Positions 27,213 through 35,427 of a DNA stretch of 64,000 bases are shown one piece after another (position 1 is the first letter of the stretch; every line of letters begins with the position of its first letter). The DNA is from an uncultured Anaerolineaceae bacterium (GTDB lineage Bacteria > Chloroflexota > Anaerolineae > Anaerolineales > E44-bin32). Both the position numbers and the translations under genes were made by a program. The DNA lies in assembly GCA_964388955.1 (NCBI GenBank), contig CAYMCO010000029.1:1197-65196 (forward strand). The letters are read 5' to 3'. The notes beneath the pieces are model-generated. The model was not told the DNA's origin. It worked only from the letters and a program-made list of their open reading frames with translations, and did not search any database.

Positions 27213-28580
27213 ATGGAAACAGCCCTCCAGCTCGCCGAACAGCACCAAGGCCGATTCCTCCGGCAGCTCATCGACCTGCTGCGCATCCCCTCCGTGTCCA
27301 CCGACTCCGAATCCCGCGAGGCGGTACTCCGGGCCGCGCGGTGGAACGCCGATCGTTTGCGCGCTCTGGGGGCGACCGGTGTCCAAGTCCTGCCCGTGGG
27401 CGAGCATCAGGCGGTGCTCGGCGAAATCGCCGGGCCCGCGTCGGCGCAGACCCTGCTGGTATACGGCCACTACGACGTCATGCCCCCAGATCCCATCGAA
27501 GCATGGACCTCCAAGCCCTTCGAACCGGTCGTGCGCGACGATTACATCTACGGGCGCGGGGCGAGCGATATGAAGGCCCAGTTGGTGGCTTTCTACTCGG
27601 CGATCGATTGCCTGGAGCAAGCCAGTGGGGTGCCCGTCAAGCTGGTCTTTCTCTTGGACGGCGCCGAGGAGGCCGGCTCTGATGCGCTGGATGATTTCAT
27701 CCGCGCCCAGGCGGACCGGTTGGCCTGCGACTTCTGCCTCAACTTGGACGGAAACATCCTCGGCCCCGAGCAGCCCTCTCTGACTTACGCCGTGCGGGGG
27801 ATCGCGTATTTCGAACTCCACGTACGCGGTCCGGAACGGGATCTGCACTCCGGCAAATTCGGCGGCCCGGTGGACAACCCGGCCCTGGTGCTGTGCGAGG
27901 TCATCGGCAAAATGCGGGACGACCACGGCCGCGTGGCCCTTCCCGGCTTCTATGACCCCGTCCGCCCGCTCTCGGCGGAGGAGCGGGCGGCGATCGCCGA
28001 TCTTCCCACCGACGATGCGTGGTGGGAAAGGAGCGCCGGCGTCAGGGCGCTGCGGCGGGAAGGCGATTTCACCGCTACCGAGCTGGCCACGGCCCAGCCG
28101 ACATTGAACATCAACGGCCTTCTTGCCGGACACACCGGCCCCGGTGCCAAGACCGTGATCCCCGCCAGCGCCATGGCCAAGATCTCCATGCGTTTGGTGC
28201 CGGATCAGAACGCCGCCCAGGTGGAGGCGAGCCTGATCGAACACCTGCACGCCCATATGCCGGATACGGTCGAGTGGGAATTGCGTGAGCTGCCCGGCAT
28301 CCGCCCGGCCGTGATGGATCGGGACGCCCCGCAGGTGAGGGCGGCCGCCCGCGCCTTGCGAGATACTTGGGGCGTGGAGCCGCTGTTCGTGCGCGAGGGC
28401 GCCAGCGTCCCCATCAACAGCCAAGTGGCAGAGGTCTTGGGCGCGGGCAGCATCAACATGGGCTTCGGCCTGCCGGACGACAATATCCACGCCCCCGACG
28501 AGCGCATGAATCTGACTCTCTTTCGCCGCGGCATCGAGGCCTACATCCGGTATCTGCAGGAGCTGGGACGGCTAACCTGA
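27213..28580 (+). CDS. M20-family dipeptidase / peptidase
   Basis: METALQLAEQH...LLRIPSVS...YGHYDVMPPDP...YGRGASDMKAQ...DGAEEAGS. ATG at 27213 follows the RBS GGAGAA. Confidence 0.85.
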   Translation: METALQLAEQHQGRFLRQLIDLLRIPSVSTDSESREAVLRAARWNADRLRALGATGVQVLPVGEHQAVLGEIAGPASAQTLLVYGHYDVMPPDPIEAWTSKPFEPVVRDDYIYGRGASDMKAQLVAFYSAIDCLEQASGVPVKLVFLLDGAEEAGSDALDDFIRAQADRLACDFCLNLDGNILGPEQPSLTYAVRGIAYFELHVRGPERDLHSGKFGGPVDNPALVLCEVIGKMRDDHGRVALPGFYDPVRPLSAEERAAIADLPTDDAWWERSAGVRALRREGDFTATELATAQPTLNINGLLAGHTGPGAKTVIPASAMAKISMRLVPDQNAAQVEASLIEHLHAHMPDTVEWELRELPGIRPAVMDRDAPQVRAAARALRDTWGVEPLFVREGASVPINSQVAEVLGAGSINMGFGLPDDNIHAPDERMNLTLFRRGIEAYIRYLQELGRLT

Positions 28581-28706
28581 CGCCTCGTCCGAGCGAGCGT
28601 CGAGCCCTGCGGTGCGCCTTTCGCGGATAGCCAGAGACCTCAGGGGATTTTCCTTATCCGACTCCGTCCCGCGAGCTGCCCCGTCCTGACCCCCTGTCAC
28701 CAACCG

Positions 28707-30536
28707 CTAGATCGCGTGTCTCTTGTACTGACTGAGGTAGAGGTGATGGTAGAAGCCCCGCTTGGCCAGCAGGGCGTCGTGGCTTCCTCGCTCAACAATG
28801 CGGCCATCCCGAATGACAAGCACGTTGTCCGCCCCGCGGATGGTGCTCAAGCGGTGCGCGACGACGAAGCTGGTGCGGCCGGCCATCAACCGCAGCAGCG
28901 CCGCTTGGATGCGGATCTCGGTGCGCGTGTCAACGCTGCTGGTGGCCTCATCCAAGATCAAGATGCGCGGATTCGCCAGGATCGCACGCGCGATGGTGAT
29001 TAGCTGCCGCTGGCCCTGGCTCAAGTTGCCGCCCCGCTCCGAAAGTCGGGTTTGATAGCCTTGGGGAAGCTGGCGGATGAAGTAATTCGCGTCCGCCAGC
29101 GAAGCGGCCCGGACGCATTCCTCATCGGTCGCATCCAACCGCCCATAGCGAATGTTCTCCATGATTGTTTGCGAGAATAGATAGGAATCCTGCAGCACAA
29201 TGCCCAACTGGCGCCTCAGGCTCTCCTTTTGAACGCTCCGGATGTCCCGGCCATCGAAACAAATCGCGCCTTTGTCCACGTCGTAGAAGCGCGCGAGCAG
29301 GTTCACCAGCGTCGTCTTGCCAGCGCCGGTCGGTCCCACCAAGGCGATCGTCTGCCCGGCACGGGCCTTCAGGCTCATATCCTTGATGACCGGAATTTCC
29401 CGGCGATAGCCGAAACTAACGTGCTCAAATTGCACGTCGCCGTGAATCGACTCCAAGGCAGCTGCTCCGGGCGCGTCCGCCAGCTCGGACTGGGTATCCA
29501 TGACTTCAAACACCCGCTCCGCCCCGGCCAAGGCGGCCTGGATGTCGTTGTATATGTTGGCGAGCTGTCGAAGCGGCTGGATGAAGCGCCGCCCGTAGCT
29601 GATGAATGCCGCGATCGTCCCGACCGTCGTCAATCCCCTCAGCGCAAGCCACCCGCCAAGCCCCGCGAGCACGATCACAAACAGATTTCCGAGGATGTTC
29701 GTCAGCGGCATTAGCAGCAGGGCATAGGAGTTGGCGTACAGGCCCGCCCGATAGACCGCCTCATTGTCATCGCGGAAGGCAGCGATCGCCCGATCCCTGC
29801 GTCGGAAGGCCTTGACCACCCGCTGCCCGCTGATGGTCTCTTCCATCGTGCTGTTGAGGTCCCCCAGCTCCCTCTGCAGGTCGCGATATCCCCGTCGCGT
29901 GTACCGGGCGACGAACGCTGTAAACCAAAGGGTGAGCGGCACCACCAGCACGGAAGCCAGCGCCAGCCATGCATTCAGCACGAACATGGTCACCAGAATC
30001 CCCACCAAAGTGAGTCCTCCAGCCAGGAGCGAGGTGACATTCTGGGAGACGGCCTGATTGATGGCGTCGATATCGTTTGTCAGACGGCTCATCAGGCCGC
30101 CAGAAGGGTTGTGATCGTAGAAAGCCAATGGCAGGCCCTGGAGATGGGAGAATAGATCCTGCCGCAGTTGCTGTAGCGCGCGCTGTGAGACATGGGCGAT
30201 CCAGGCATCGCCGGCGGCGTGGAGGGCGGCGCTGGCGAAATAGACTCCCAGCATCAACAGCGCGATTCGACCCACCCCGGCGGCATCCCCAACGGAGATA
30301 AAGCGGTCGATCGCCACTCCCATGAGGTATGGGCCTGCCAGATCCAACAGCGTGTAGAGCAGCACGATGCCGAACACCCCACCCATCGCGGGCAGGAACG
30401 GCTGAAGATAGGCCAGCAGCCGGCGCAGGGATTGCAGCGGAGATCTCGCCTTCTCGATTCTGCCCGGCTGAGATGGACTGCGCCCGAGGCCCGGCCGCAG
30501 TCGAACCTCCTGCCGGCGGCCGCTCGGCTCAGACAT
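28707..30536 (-). CDS. ABC exporter, fused permease/ATPase (MsbA/multidrug type), subunit 2
   Basis: Six-TM domain, then Walker A GPTGAGKTT, signature LSQGQRQL and Walker B ILILDEATS. The start MSEPSG at 30536 overlaps the upstream gene by 8 nt. Confidence 0.9.
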   Translation of the reverse strand: MSEPSGRRQEVRLRPGLGRSPSQPGRIEKARSPLQSLRRLLAYLQPFLPAMGGVFGIVLLYTLLDLAGPYLMGVAIDRFISVGDAAGVGRIALLMLGVYFASAALHAAGDAWIAHVSQRALQQLRQDLFSHLQGLPLAFYDHNPSGGLMSRLTNDIDAINQAVSQNVTSLLAGGLTLVGILVTMFVLNAWLALASVLVVPLTLWFTAFVARYTRRGYRDLQRELGDLNSTMEETISGQRVVKAFRRRDRAIAAFRDDNEAVYRAGLYANSYALLLMPLTNILGNLFVIVLAGLGGWLALRGLTTVGTIAAFISYGRRFIQPLRQLANIYNDIQAALAGAERVFEVMDTQSELADAPGAAALESIHGDVQFEHVSFGYRREIPVIKDMSLKARAGQTIALVGPTGAGKTTLVNLLARFYDVDKGAICFDGRDIRSVQKESLRRQLGIVLQDSYLFSQTIMENIRYGRLDATDEECVRAASLADANYFIRQLPQGYQTRLSERGGNLSQGQRQLITIARAILANPRILILDEATSSVDTRTEIRIQAALLRLMAGRTSFVVAHRLSTIRGADNVLVIRDGRIVERGSHDALLAKRGFYHHLYLSQYKRHAI

Positions 30537-32301
30537 GAGCACCATCACCTTCGTGGCCGTTCAGCATCGGCCGCTCGCCAAGCTGAGAATCGTATATTTC
30601 CCGGTACACTACGCTCGATCGCATCAGTTGCTCGTGTGTGCCTTCGGCGACGATCCCCCCTTTCTCCAGCACAATGATCCGATCCGCATTCAGCACAGTG
30701 CTGATTCGCTGTGCCACCACGAAACGGGTGCCCCTTCTCCGTATCCGGTCCAGAGACTCCTGGATCCGAGATTCGGTTTCCACGTCCACCGAACTGGTGC
30801 TGTCGTCCAGGATTAGGATTGCCGGCCGGGGCAGGATCGCCCTCGCGATGGCGATCCGCTGCTTCTGCCCGCCCGATAGGTTGACGCCTCGCTCCTCCAC
30901 TCGCGTGTCATATGCATCCGGCAGCTGCATGATGAAGTCGTGGGCCTGTGCAGCCTTGGCTGCCTCCACCATCTCATCATCGCTCGCTTCCGGGAAGCCA
31001 TAGCGGATGTTTTCTGCCACCGTGCCGGAGAAGAGAACGCTCTCCTGGAGCACAATACCGATATGCGCCAGGAGAGACTCTTGCCGCAGGTCGCGCACAT
31101 CCCGGCCATCAACGGTGACACGGCCGTGGGTCACATCGTAGAACCGCGGCACAAGGTTCACCAAGGTTGTCTTTCCGGACCCTGTGGCCCCCAAGAGGGC
31201 CACTGTTTCCCCCGGCTGCGCGGAAAAGCTGATCCCGTCCAGGGCCAACTCGCCCCCGTCCCCGTCATAGCTGAAACACACGTCTTCGAATGTCACCTTT
31301 CCGGGCGTCTCCCGCGGCAGGTCCTGAGCACCTTGCCGGTCCAGCACCAGCACAGGCTCATCAAGCGTCTGTCGGATACGTTCCGCCGACGCGTTTGCTG
31401 CTGCCAGCACCTGGGCCAGGTTCGACATGATGACCAAGGGAGTCATCGTTGTCAGCAGGTAGTTGGTGAAGGCCACGATCTCGCCCAGCGTTAGCCCTCC
31501 CCGGATGGTTTGCAGACCGCCGACCCAAATGACGAGCGCAATGCCGGCGTTGATGAGAAAGGTCAGAGACGGCATCAGCAAGGCCAAATACTGCATCACT
31601 TGAATGGTCTTGTCCGCTAATCCCTGATTGGCGCCGGAGAAGCGGCGGATCTCATGCTTTGTGCGTGTGAACGCCTTCACGACACGGATTCCGGCGAGGT
31701 TCTCCTGCAGGGTGTTGTTCAAGGTATCCAGCCCGCCTTGCACATCCAGGTACAGCGGCTGGGTCTTCGAGATGAACCATACGATGATCCCACCCATGAC
31801 CAGCAACAGAGGCAGCATCGCCGAAGCCAGCCTGGGACTCGTGGATAACATCAGGATCAGGCTGCCGATCATCAGCAATGGCGCGCGTGTGCCGATGCGA
31901 ATTGATATGCGCATGATGCGCTGCAGCATGGCGATATCGCTGGTGAGACGAACGATGAGTTGGCCGGTCAATAGGTGATCCAGATTACCGAAAGAGAAGG
32001 ATTGGATCTTCAGGAAGAGTGCATCCCGCACGTCCCGGCCGGCCCCCTCGCTGACCTGTACGCTGAGGATATTGTTGCCGATCGCCATCAGCGTGCTCAG
32101 CGCGGTGATGCCCAGCATGATCAGCGTGGTCGTCATGATGACAGGGAGATCGTTGTCGGCGATGCCCTGGTCGATGATGCGCTCCACCAACCGGGGGATG
32201 GCCAGATCGCTGAAAACGACAAACACAAGCATCACCAGCGCCAGGATGCTCTTGCGGACATAAGGGGCCATGAAACCGCGCAGGCTCAGGAGCGCTTTCA
32301 T
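30529..32301 (-). CDS. ABC exporter, fused permease/ATPase, subunit 1 (probable heterodimer partner)
   Basis: Six-TM domain, then GATGSGKTT, LSGGQKQRIAIARA and ILILDDSTSSVD. Confidence 0.9.
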   Translation of the reverse strand: MKALLSLRGFMAPYVRKSILALVMLVFVVFSDLAIPRLVERIIDQGIADNDLPVIMTTTLIMLGITALSTLMAIGNNILSVQVSEGAGRDVRDALFLKIQSFSFGNLDHLLTGQLIVRLTSDIAMLQRIMRISIRIGTRAPLLMIGSLILMLSTSPRLASAMLPLLLVMGGIIVWFISKTQPLYLDVQGGLDTLNNTLQENLAGIRVVKAFTRTKHEIRRFSGANQGLADKTIQVMQYLALLMPSLTFLINAGIALVIWVGGLQTIRGGLTLGEIVAFTNYLLTTMTPLVIMSNLAQVLAAANASAERIRQTLDEPVLVLDRQGAQDLPRETPGKVTFEDVCFSYDGDGGELALDGISFSAQPGETVALLGATGSGKTTLVNLVPRFYDVTHGRVTVDGRDVRDLRQESLLAHIGIVLQESVLFSGTVAENIRYGFPEASDDEMVEAAKAAQAHDFIMQLPDAYDTRVEERGVNLSGGQKQRIAIARAILPRPAILILDDSTSSVDVETESRIQESLDRIRRRGTRFVVAQRISTVLNADRIIVLEKGGIVAEGTHEQLMRSSVVYREIYDSQLGERPMLNGHEGDGAHV

Positions 32302-32390
32302 CGGCGTGCATTATAGCTCCGGGCCAACGCCGAGCCCATTCGCGGTGTGCTGTGCGGTATGCGCCACGAGCGACGAGCCGTAAACTGTCG

Positions 32391-32449
32391 AGCCGACCGC
32401 CGAGAGCCGATGGCCCGATCCAACTTGCCAACCTGCAACCTGTCAACGT
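32391..32449. repeat. Dispersed intergenic repeat module (GCCGACNGCCGAGAGCC plus an AACNTG array)
   Basis: GCCGACCGCCGAGAGCC at 32391-32407 matches 35104-35120 (16/17). AACTTG, AACCTG, AACCTG and AACGTC lie at 32421, 32429, 32436 and 32444 (period 8, 7, 8). Confidence 0.55.
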
Positions 32450-32621
32450 CTTGCGCCATGCGGTTTGCGCGACGCGCCAAGGGCCATGAGCGATAAGCGA
32501 TGAGCCCGAAGCGACAAGCCGGCCGCCGGTGCCCGAGAATCGGTCGCCGGCCGCCAACAGCCCCAGGACTTTCGACCTTCGGCCTGTAACCTGCAGCCTC
32601 CAACCGTCCTCCCCTGCCCAA

Positions 32622-32651
32622 TTGACGCTCCCGCTCGCCAGCGGATATAAT
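32622..32651 (+). promoter_or_regulatory. efp promoter (sigma-70-like)
   Basis: TTGACG at 32622-32627, an 18-nt spacer, then TATAAT at 32646-32651. Confidence 0.55.
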
Positions 32652-32683
32652 CCACCCAGTTCATTGACGAGGATGATTTCACC

Positions 32684-33241
32684 GTGATCGACGTAAACAA
32701 CCTTCGCAACGGAACCACTTTCGAGTTGGATGGCGAGATCTTCAGGGTGCTGGAATATTCCCATCACAAGCCAGGCCGCGGCAAGGCAACCATTCGAATC
32801 AAGGTCCGCAACCTGCGCACAGGGACCATATTGGAGAAGACCTTCACTTCAGGGGATCGCGTGCAGGACATCCGCCTAGACTATCGCAACGTGCAGTTCC
32901 TGTATAAGGATGGAGATTTCTATCATTTCATGGATACCGAGACCTATGAGCAGCCGGCTGTCCACGCTACGGCATTGGGCGATGTGGTCGACTACCTCAC
33001 GGAAGGCATGCAGGTGAAGCTCACGCTCTACGAGGGCGAGCCCCTCGATGTCGAGACCGATACCTCGGTGGACCTGGAGGTCGTGGAATCTGAGTTCGCC
33101 GTCAAGGGCGATACCGCCACCGGAAGCACCAAGACGGTCACCACCGAGACGGGGCTCAAGGTGCAGGTCCCGCTCTTTGTTGAGGTCGGGAACACCATTC
33201 GCGTGGACACCCGCACCGGTGAATACGTCACGCGAGTCTAA
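32684..33241 (+). CDS. efp: Elongation factor P
   Basis: 185 aa with a GTG start. NNLRNGTTFELDGEIFRVLEYSHHKPGRGKATIRIKVRNLRTG (containing the KPGKG-type loop) is present. Confidence 0.95.
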   Translation: MIDVNNLRNGTTFELDGEIFRVLEYSHHKPGRGKATIRIKVRNLRTGTILEKTFTSGDRVQDIRLDYRNVQFLYKDGDFYHFMDTETYEQPAVHATALGDVVDYLTEGMQVKLTLYEGEPLDVETDTSVDLEVVESEFAVKGDTATGSTKTVTTETGLKVQVPLFVEVGNTIRVDTRTGEYVTRV

Positions 33242-33274
33242 TCATCAGAAGTCAGAAAAGAGTTGTCGCAATCC

Positions 33275-33616
33275 ATGCAAACGCCTGCCGGCACCGAGTG
33301 CCGATTCTATTATGAGGATTTCTACCGAGGTCGCAATGTGCAAACCTGCCGCCTCATCGAGCGCTCTCCAAACGGGGGCCGCTGGACACCGGACCACTGC
33401 AGAGTGTGCCCCGTGCCACGCATTCTGATGGCCAACGGCTGTCCGAACCTGGTCCTCGAGGCGCGCGCCACTCGCGGCATCCTCGGTATGGGCAAGCGGG
33501 TGGAGGTTTCCGCCTACTGCACGCGCACCGAGCGAAGCGTCGAGGAACCGCAAATCGGCTGCGGCGAATGTCATCTGGCGCTGGCCGAACTCGTCACACC
33601 CGAGGATGAAGAGTGA
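33275..33616 (+). CDS. Cys-rich hypothetical protein
   Basis: MQTPAGTECRFYYEDFYRGRNVQTCRL...HCRVCPVP...GCPNL...YCTR...GCGECH has 10 Cys. It overlaps the next gene by 4 nt (GTGA). I recognise no family. Confidence 0.5.
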   Translation: MQTPAGTECRFYYEDFYRGRNVQTCRLIERSPNGGRWTPDHCRVCPVPRILMANGCPNLVLEARATRGILGMGKRVEVSAYCTRTERSVEEPQIGCGECHLALAELVTPEDEE

Positions 33617-34818
33617 TCAAGGCCGTGCTGATCGACCTGGACGGGACGCTCCTCCAGAGCGAGATGGAGCAATTCCTCCCACCCTATCTTTCCCTTCTAT
33701 CCGCCGAATTGGCTGACATCGCCCAGCCTGATCAGCTCGTGAAGGAATTGATGCGCGGCACCCAATTAATGCGTGAGAACGTGGACCCCCGACAGACGCT
33801 GCGCTCGGTCTTCGCCGCCTATTTCTACCCGCAATTGGGCACCAGCGAGGCGGCGCTCGAGAGCCGGCTTGAGACCTTCTACCGCGATCGATTCCCCCAG
33901 CTTCAGCCATACACTCAGACACGCCCGGGGGCGGCAGCCGTCGTCAAAGCGCTGTTCCAGCGAGGCAATCAAGTGGGCATCGCCACCGATCCGCTCTTCC
34001 CTCGCCTGGCCGTGGAGCACCGCTTGGCATGGGCGAAGGTTCCGGTGGATGAGTTCCCCTACGCCATCATCACCAGCTATGAGCAGTTTCGCTTCGCCAA
34101 GCGCCACCTCGCCTATTATGCCCAGATTCTGGGCTTGCTGGGGCACTCGCCATCGGAGACGGCCATGATCGGGGACAATCTGGAAGCGGATCTGGCGCCC
34201 GCCCGGGCGCTGGGCATGCCGATCTATCATGTTGGGGATGAATCTCCCGAGGGCATTCCCGGCGGGCCCCTCCAGGGAGTGCTCCCCTGGCTGGCTCGCG
34301 ATGCAGAGGCACAGGCTGATCCCGCAGCGGAGACCCACGCTGAGAGCCTGATTGCACGGTTGAGAGGCAATCTAGCCGCCCTGCTGTCCTTGACAGACGG
34401 ATTGAACGCCAAGGAATGGCGTCACTCGCCTGCCGAGGGCGAGTGGGCGCCGCTGGAGATCGTCTGCCACCTGCGCGACTTGGAGATCGAGGTCAACCAT
34501 CCCCGGTTCCAGCGCATACTGACGCAAGATACCCCCTTCATCCCCCACGCTGATACAGACCATCTGGCAGAGAAACGCGACTACCTTTCTCAGGAACCCG
34601 ACCCGTGCATGGATCGCTTGAGCCGGGCGCGCATGAAGACCATCGATTTGCTCACTGGAATCGAGCCCGAGGATTGGGCCCGCCTTGGCCGCCATTCGCT
34701 GCTCGGGCCCACTAGCCTGCAGGAGCTGGTGGGAGTAATCGTCGAACACGATCTGATCCACTTGAACCAACTCCGCGGTGCCCTGCCGGAGCCCAGCCTG
34801 CCGGAGGCCGCAGTCTAG
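33613..34818 (+). CDS. HAD-family hydrolase fused to a DinB-like (DUF664-type) C-terminal domain
   Basis: The N-terminus is VLIDLDGTLL (HAD motif I) with ...IGDNLEADL (motif IV-like). The C-terminal half has the His-rich helical pattern EIVCHLRDLE...IVEHDLIHLNQL. Confidence 0.7.
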   Translation: MIKAVLIDLDGTLLQSEMEQFLPPYLSLLSAELADIAQPDQLVKELMRGTQLMRENVDPRQTLRSVFAAYFYPQLGTSEAALESRLETFYRDRFPQLQPYTQTRPGAAAVVKALFQRGNQVGIATDPLFPRLAVEHRLAWAKVPVDEFPYAIITSYEQFRFAKRHLAYYAQILGLLGHSPSETAMIGDNLEADLAPARALGMPIYHVGDESPEGIPGGPLQGVLPWLARDAEAQADPAAETHAESLIARLRGNLAALLSLTDGLNAKEWRHSPAEGEWAPLEIVCHLRDLEIEVNHPRFQRILTQDTPFIPHADTDHLAEKRDYLSQEPDPCMDRLSRARMKTIDLLTGIEPEDWARLGRHSLLGPTSLQELVGVIVEHDLIHLNQLRGALPEPSLPEAAV

Positions 34819-34994
34819 ATGGACAATAAGCGCTAAGCTCCAAGCCGATCGCCGAGCGTCCATAGTCCCCCTTCTTCAACCAAAAGAGCCGATCAACGGC
34901 AGGGAAGGAGGGGCGTCTCGAGTGCCGAGCCCCACGGGGGCGAGTTGTATTGAGAGGAGCGTCCGTCGCCGCGGCGAGCTTTCAGCAGTCAGCT

Positions 34995-35140
34995 GCCGGC
35001 TCGTTGGGAATCGCTGGGTGTCTATTTCGCCCTCAGCCTGGTTCTGCGCCCGCAGTGCCGAATTGTCTCGGACTGGCGATAAGCGTCAAGCTGATAGCCG
35101 ATCGCCGACGGCCGAGAGCCAGAAATCCTGCAACCTTCAA
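34995..35140. repeat. Dispersed intergenic repeat, largest copy (about 115-bp core plus the GCCGACNGCCGAGAGCC module)
   Basis: 35024-35108 aligns colinearly with 56261-56345 (about 75% identity by eye), with weaker similarity extending about 30 bp upstream. The 3' sub-motif AAGCTnnnAGCCGATCGCCGA recurs at 34836-34857. Confidence 0.65.
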
Positions 35141-35212
35141 GCCTCTTTTCTTCTCCCATGCTCCCCCGCGCCCCCTTGCCCCACGCCCCCTTGCCCCGGG
35201 CCCTCCTGCTCC

Positions 35213-35241
35213 TTTACACTACCACGACCGACAGCTATAAT
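35213..35241 (+). promoter_or_regulatory. tRNA-Leu promoter (sigma-70-like)
   Basis: TTTACA at 35213-35218, a 17-nt spacer, then TATAAT at 35236-35241. The tRNA 5' end lies 9 nt downstream. Confidence 0.6.
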
Positions 35242-35249
35242 CCCCCCCG

Positions 35250-35331
35250 GGGGAAGTGCTGGAATTGGCAGACAGGCGTGACTTAGGATCACGTGCCGCG
35301 AGGCGTGAGGGTTCAACTCCCTCCTTCCCCA
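35250..35331 (+). tRNA. tRNA-Leu (anticodon UAG), class II long variable arm, no encoded CCA
   Basis: Manual fold: acceptor GGGGAAG/CTTCCCC, D-arm CTG-GAATTGGCAGA-CAG, anticodon stem CGTGA/TCACG with loop CTTAGGA, variable arm TGCCGCGAGGCGT, and T-arm GAGGG-TTCAACT-CCCTC. The discriminator is A, followed by TCA. Confidence 0.9.
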
Positions 35332-35427
35332 TCACGCTTACGTTTCTCCAACCTTTGTCTGGTATAAAGCTAGGACGTCAGCGACTTCGCCCGCTCAGCA
35401 GCGGGCGCATACGAGGGAAGAACTGCC

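Noticed and set aside
30529-30548. 20-nt overlap of the two ABC exporter genes as a programmed frameshift or fusion
   Set aside because: An ATG at 30536 with a normal N-terminus gives an ordinary 8-nt overlap typical of translational coupling. There is no slippery sequence.
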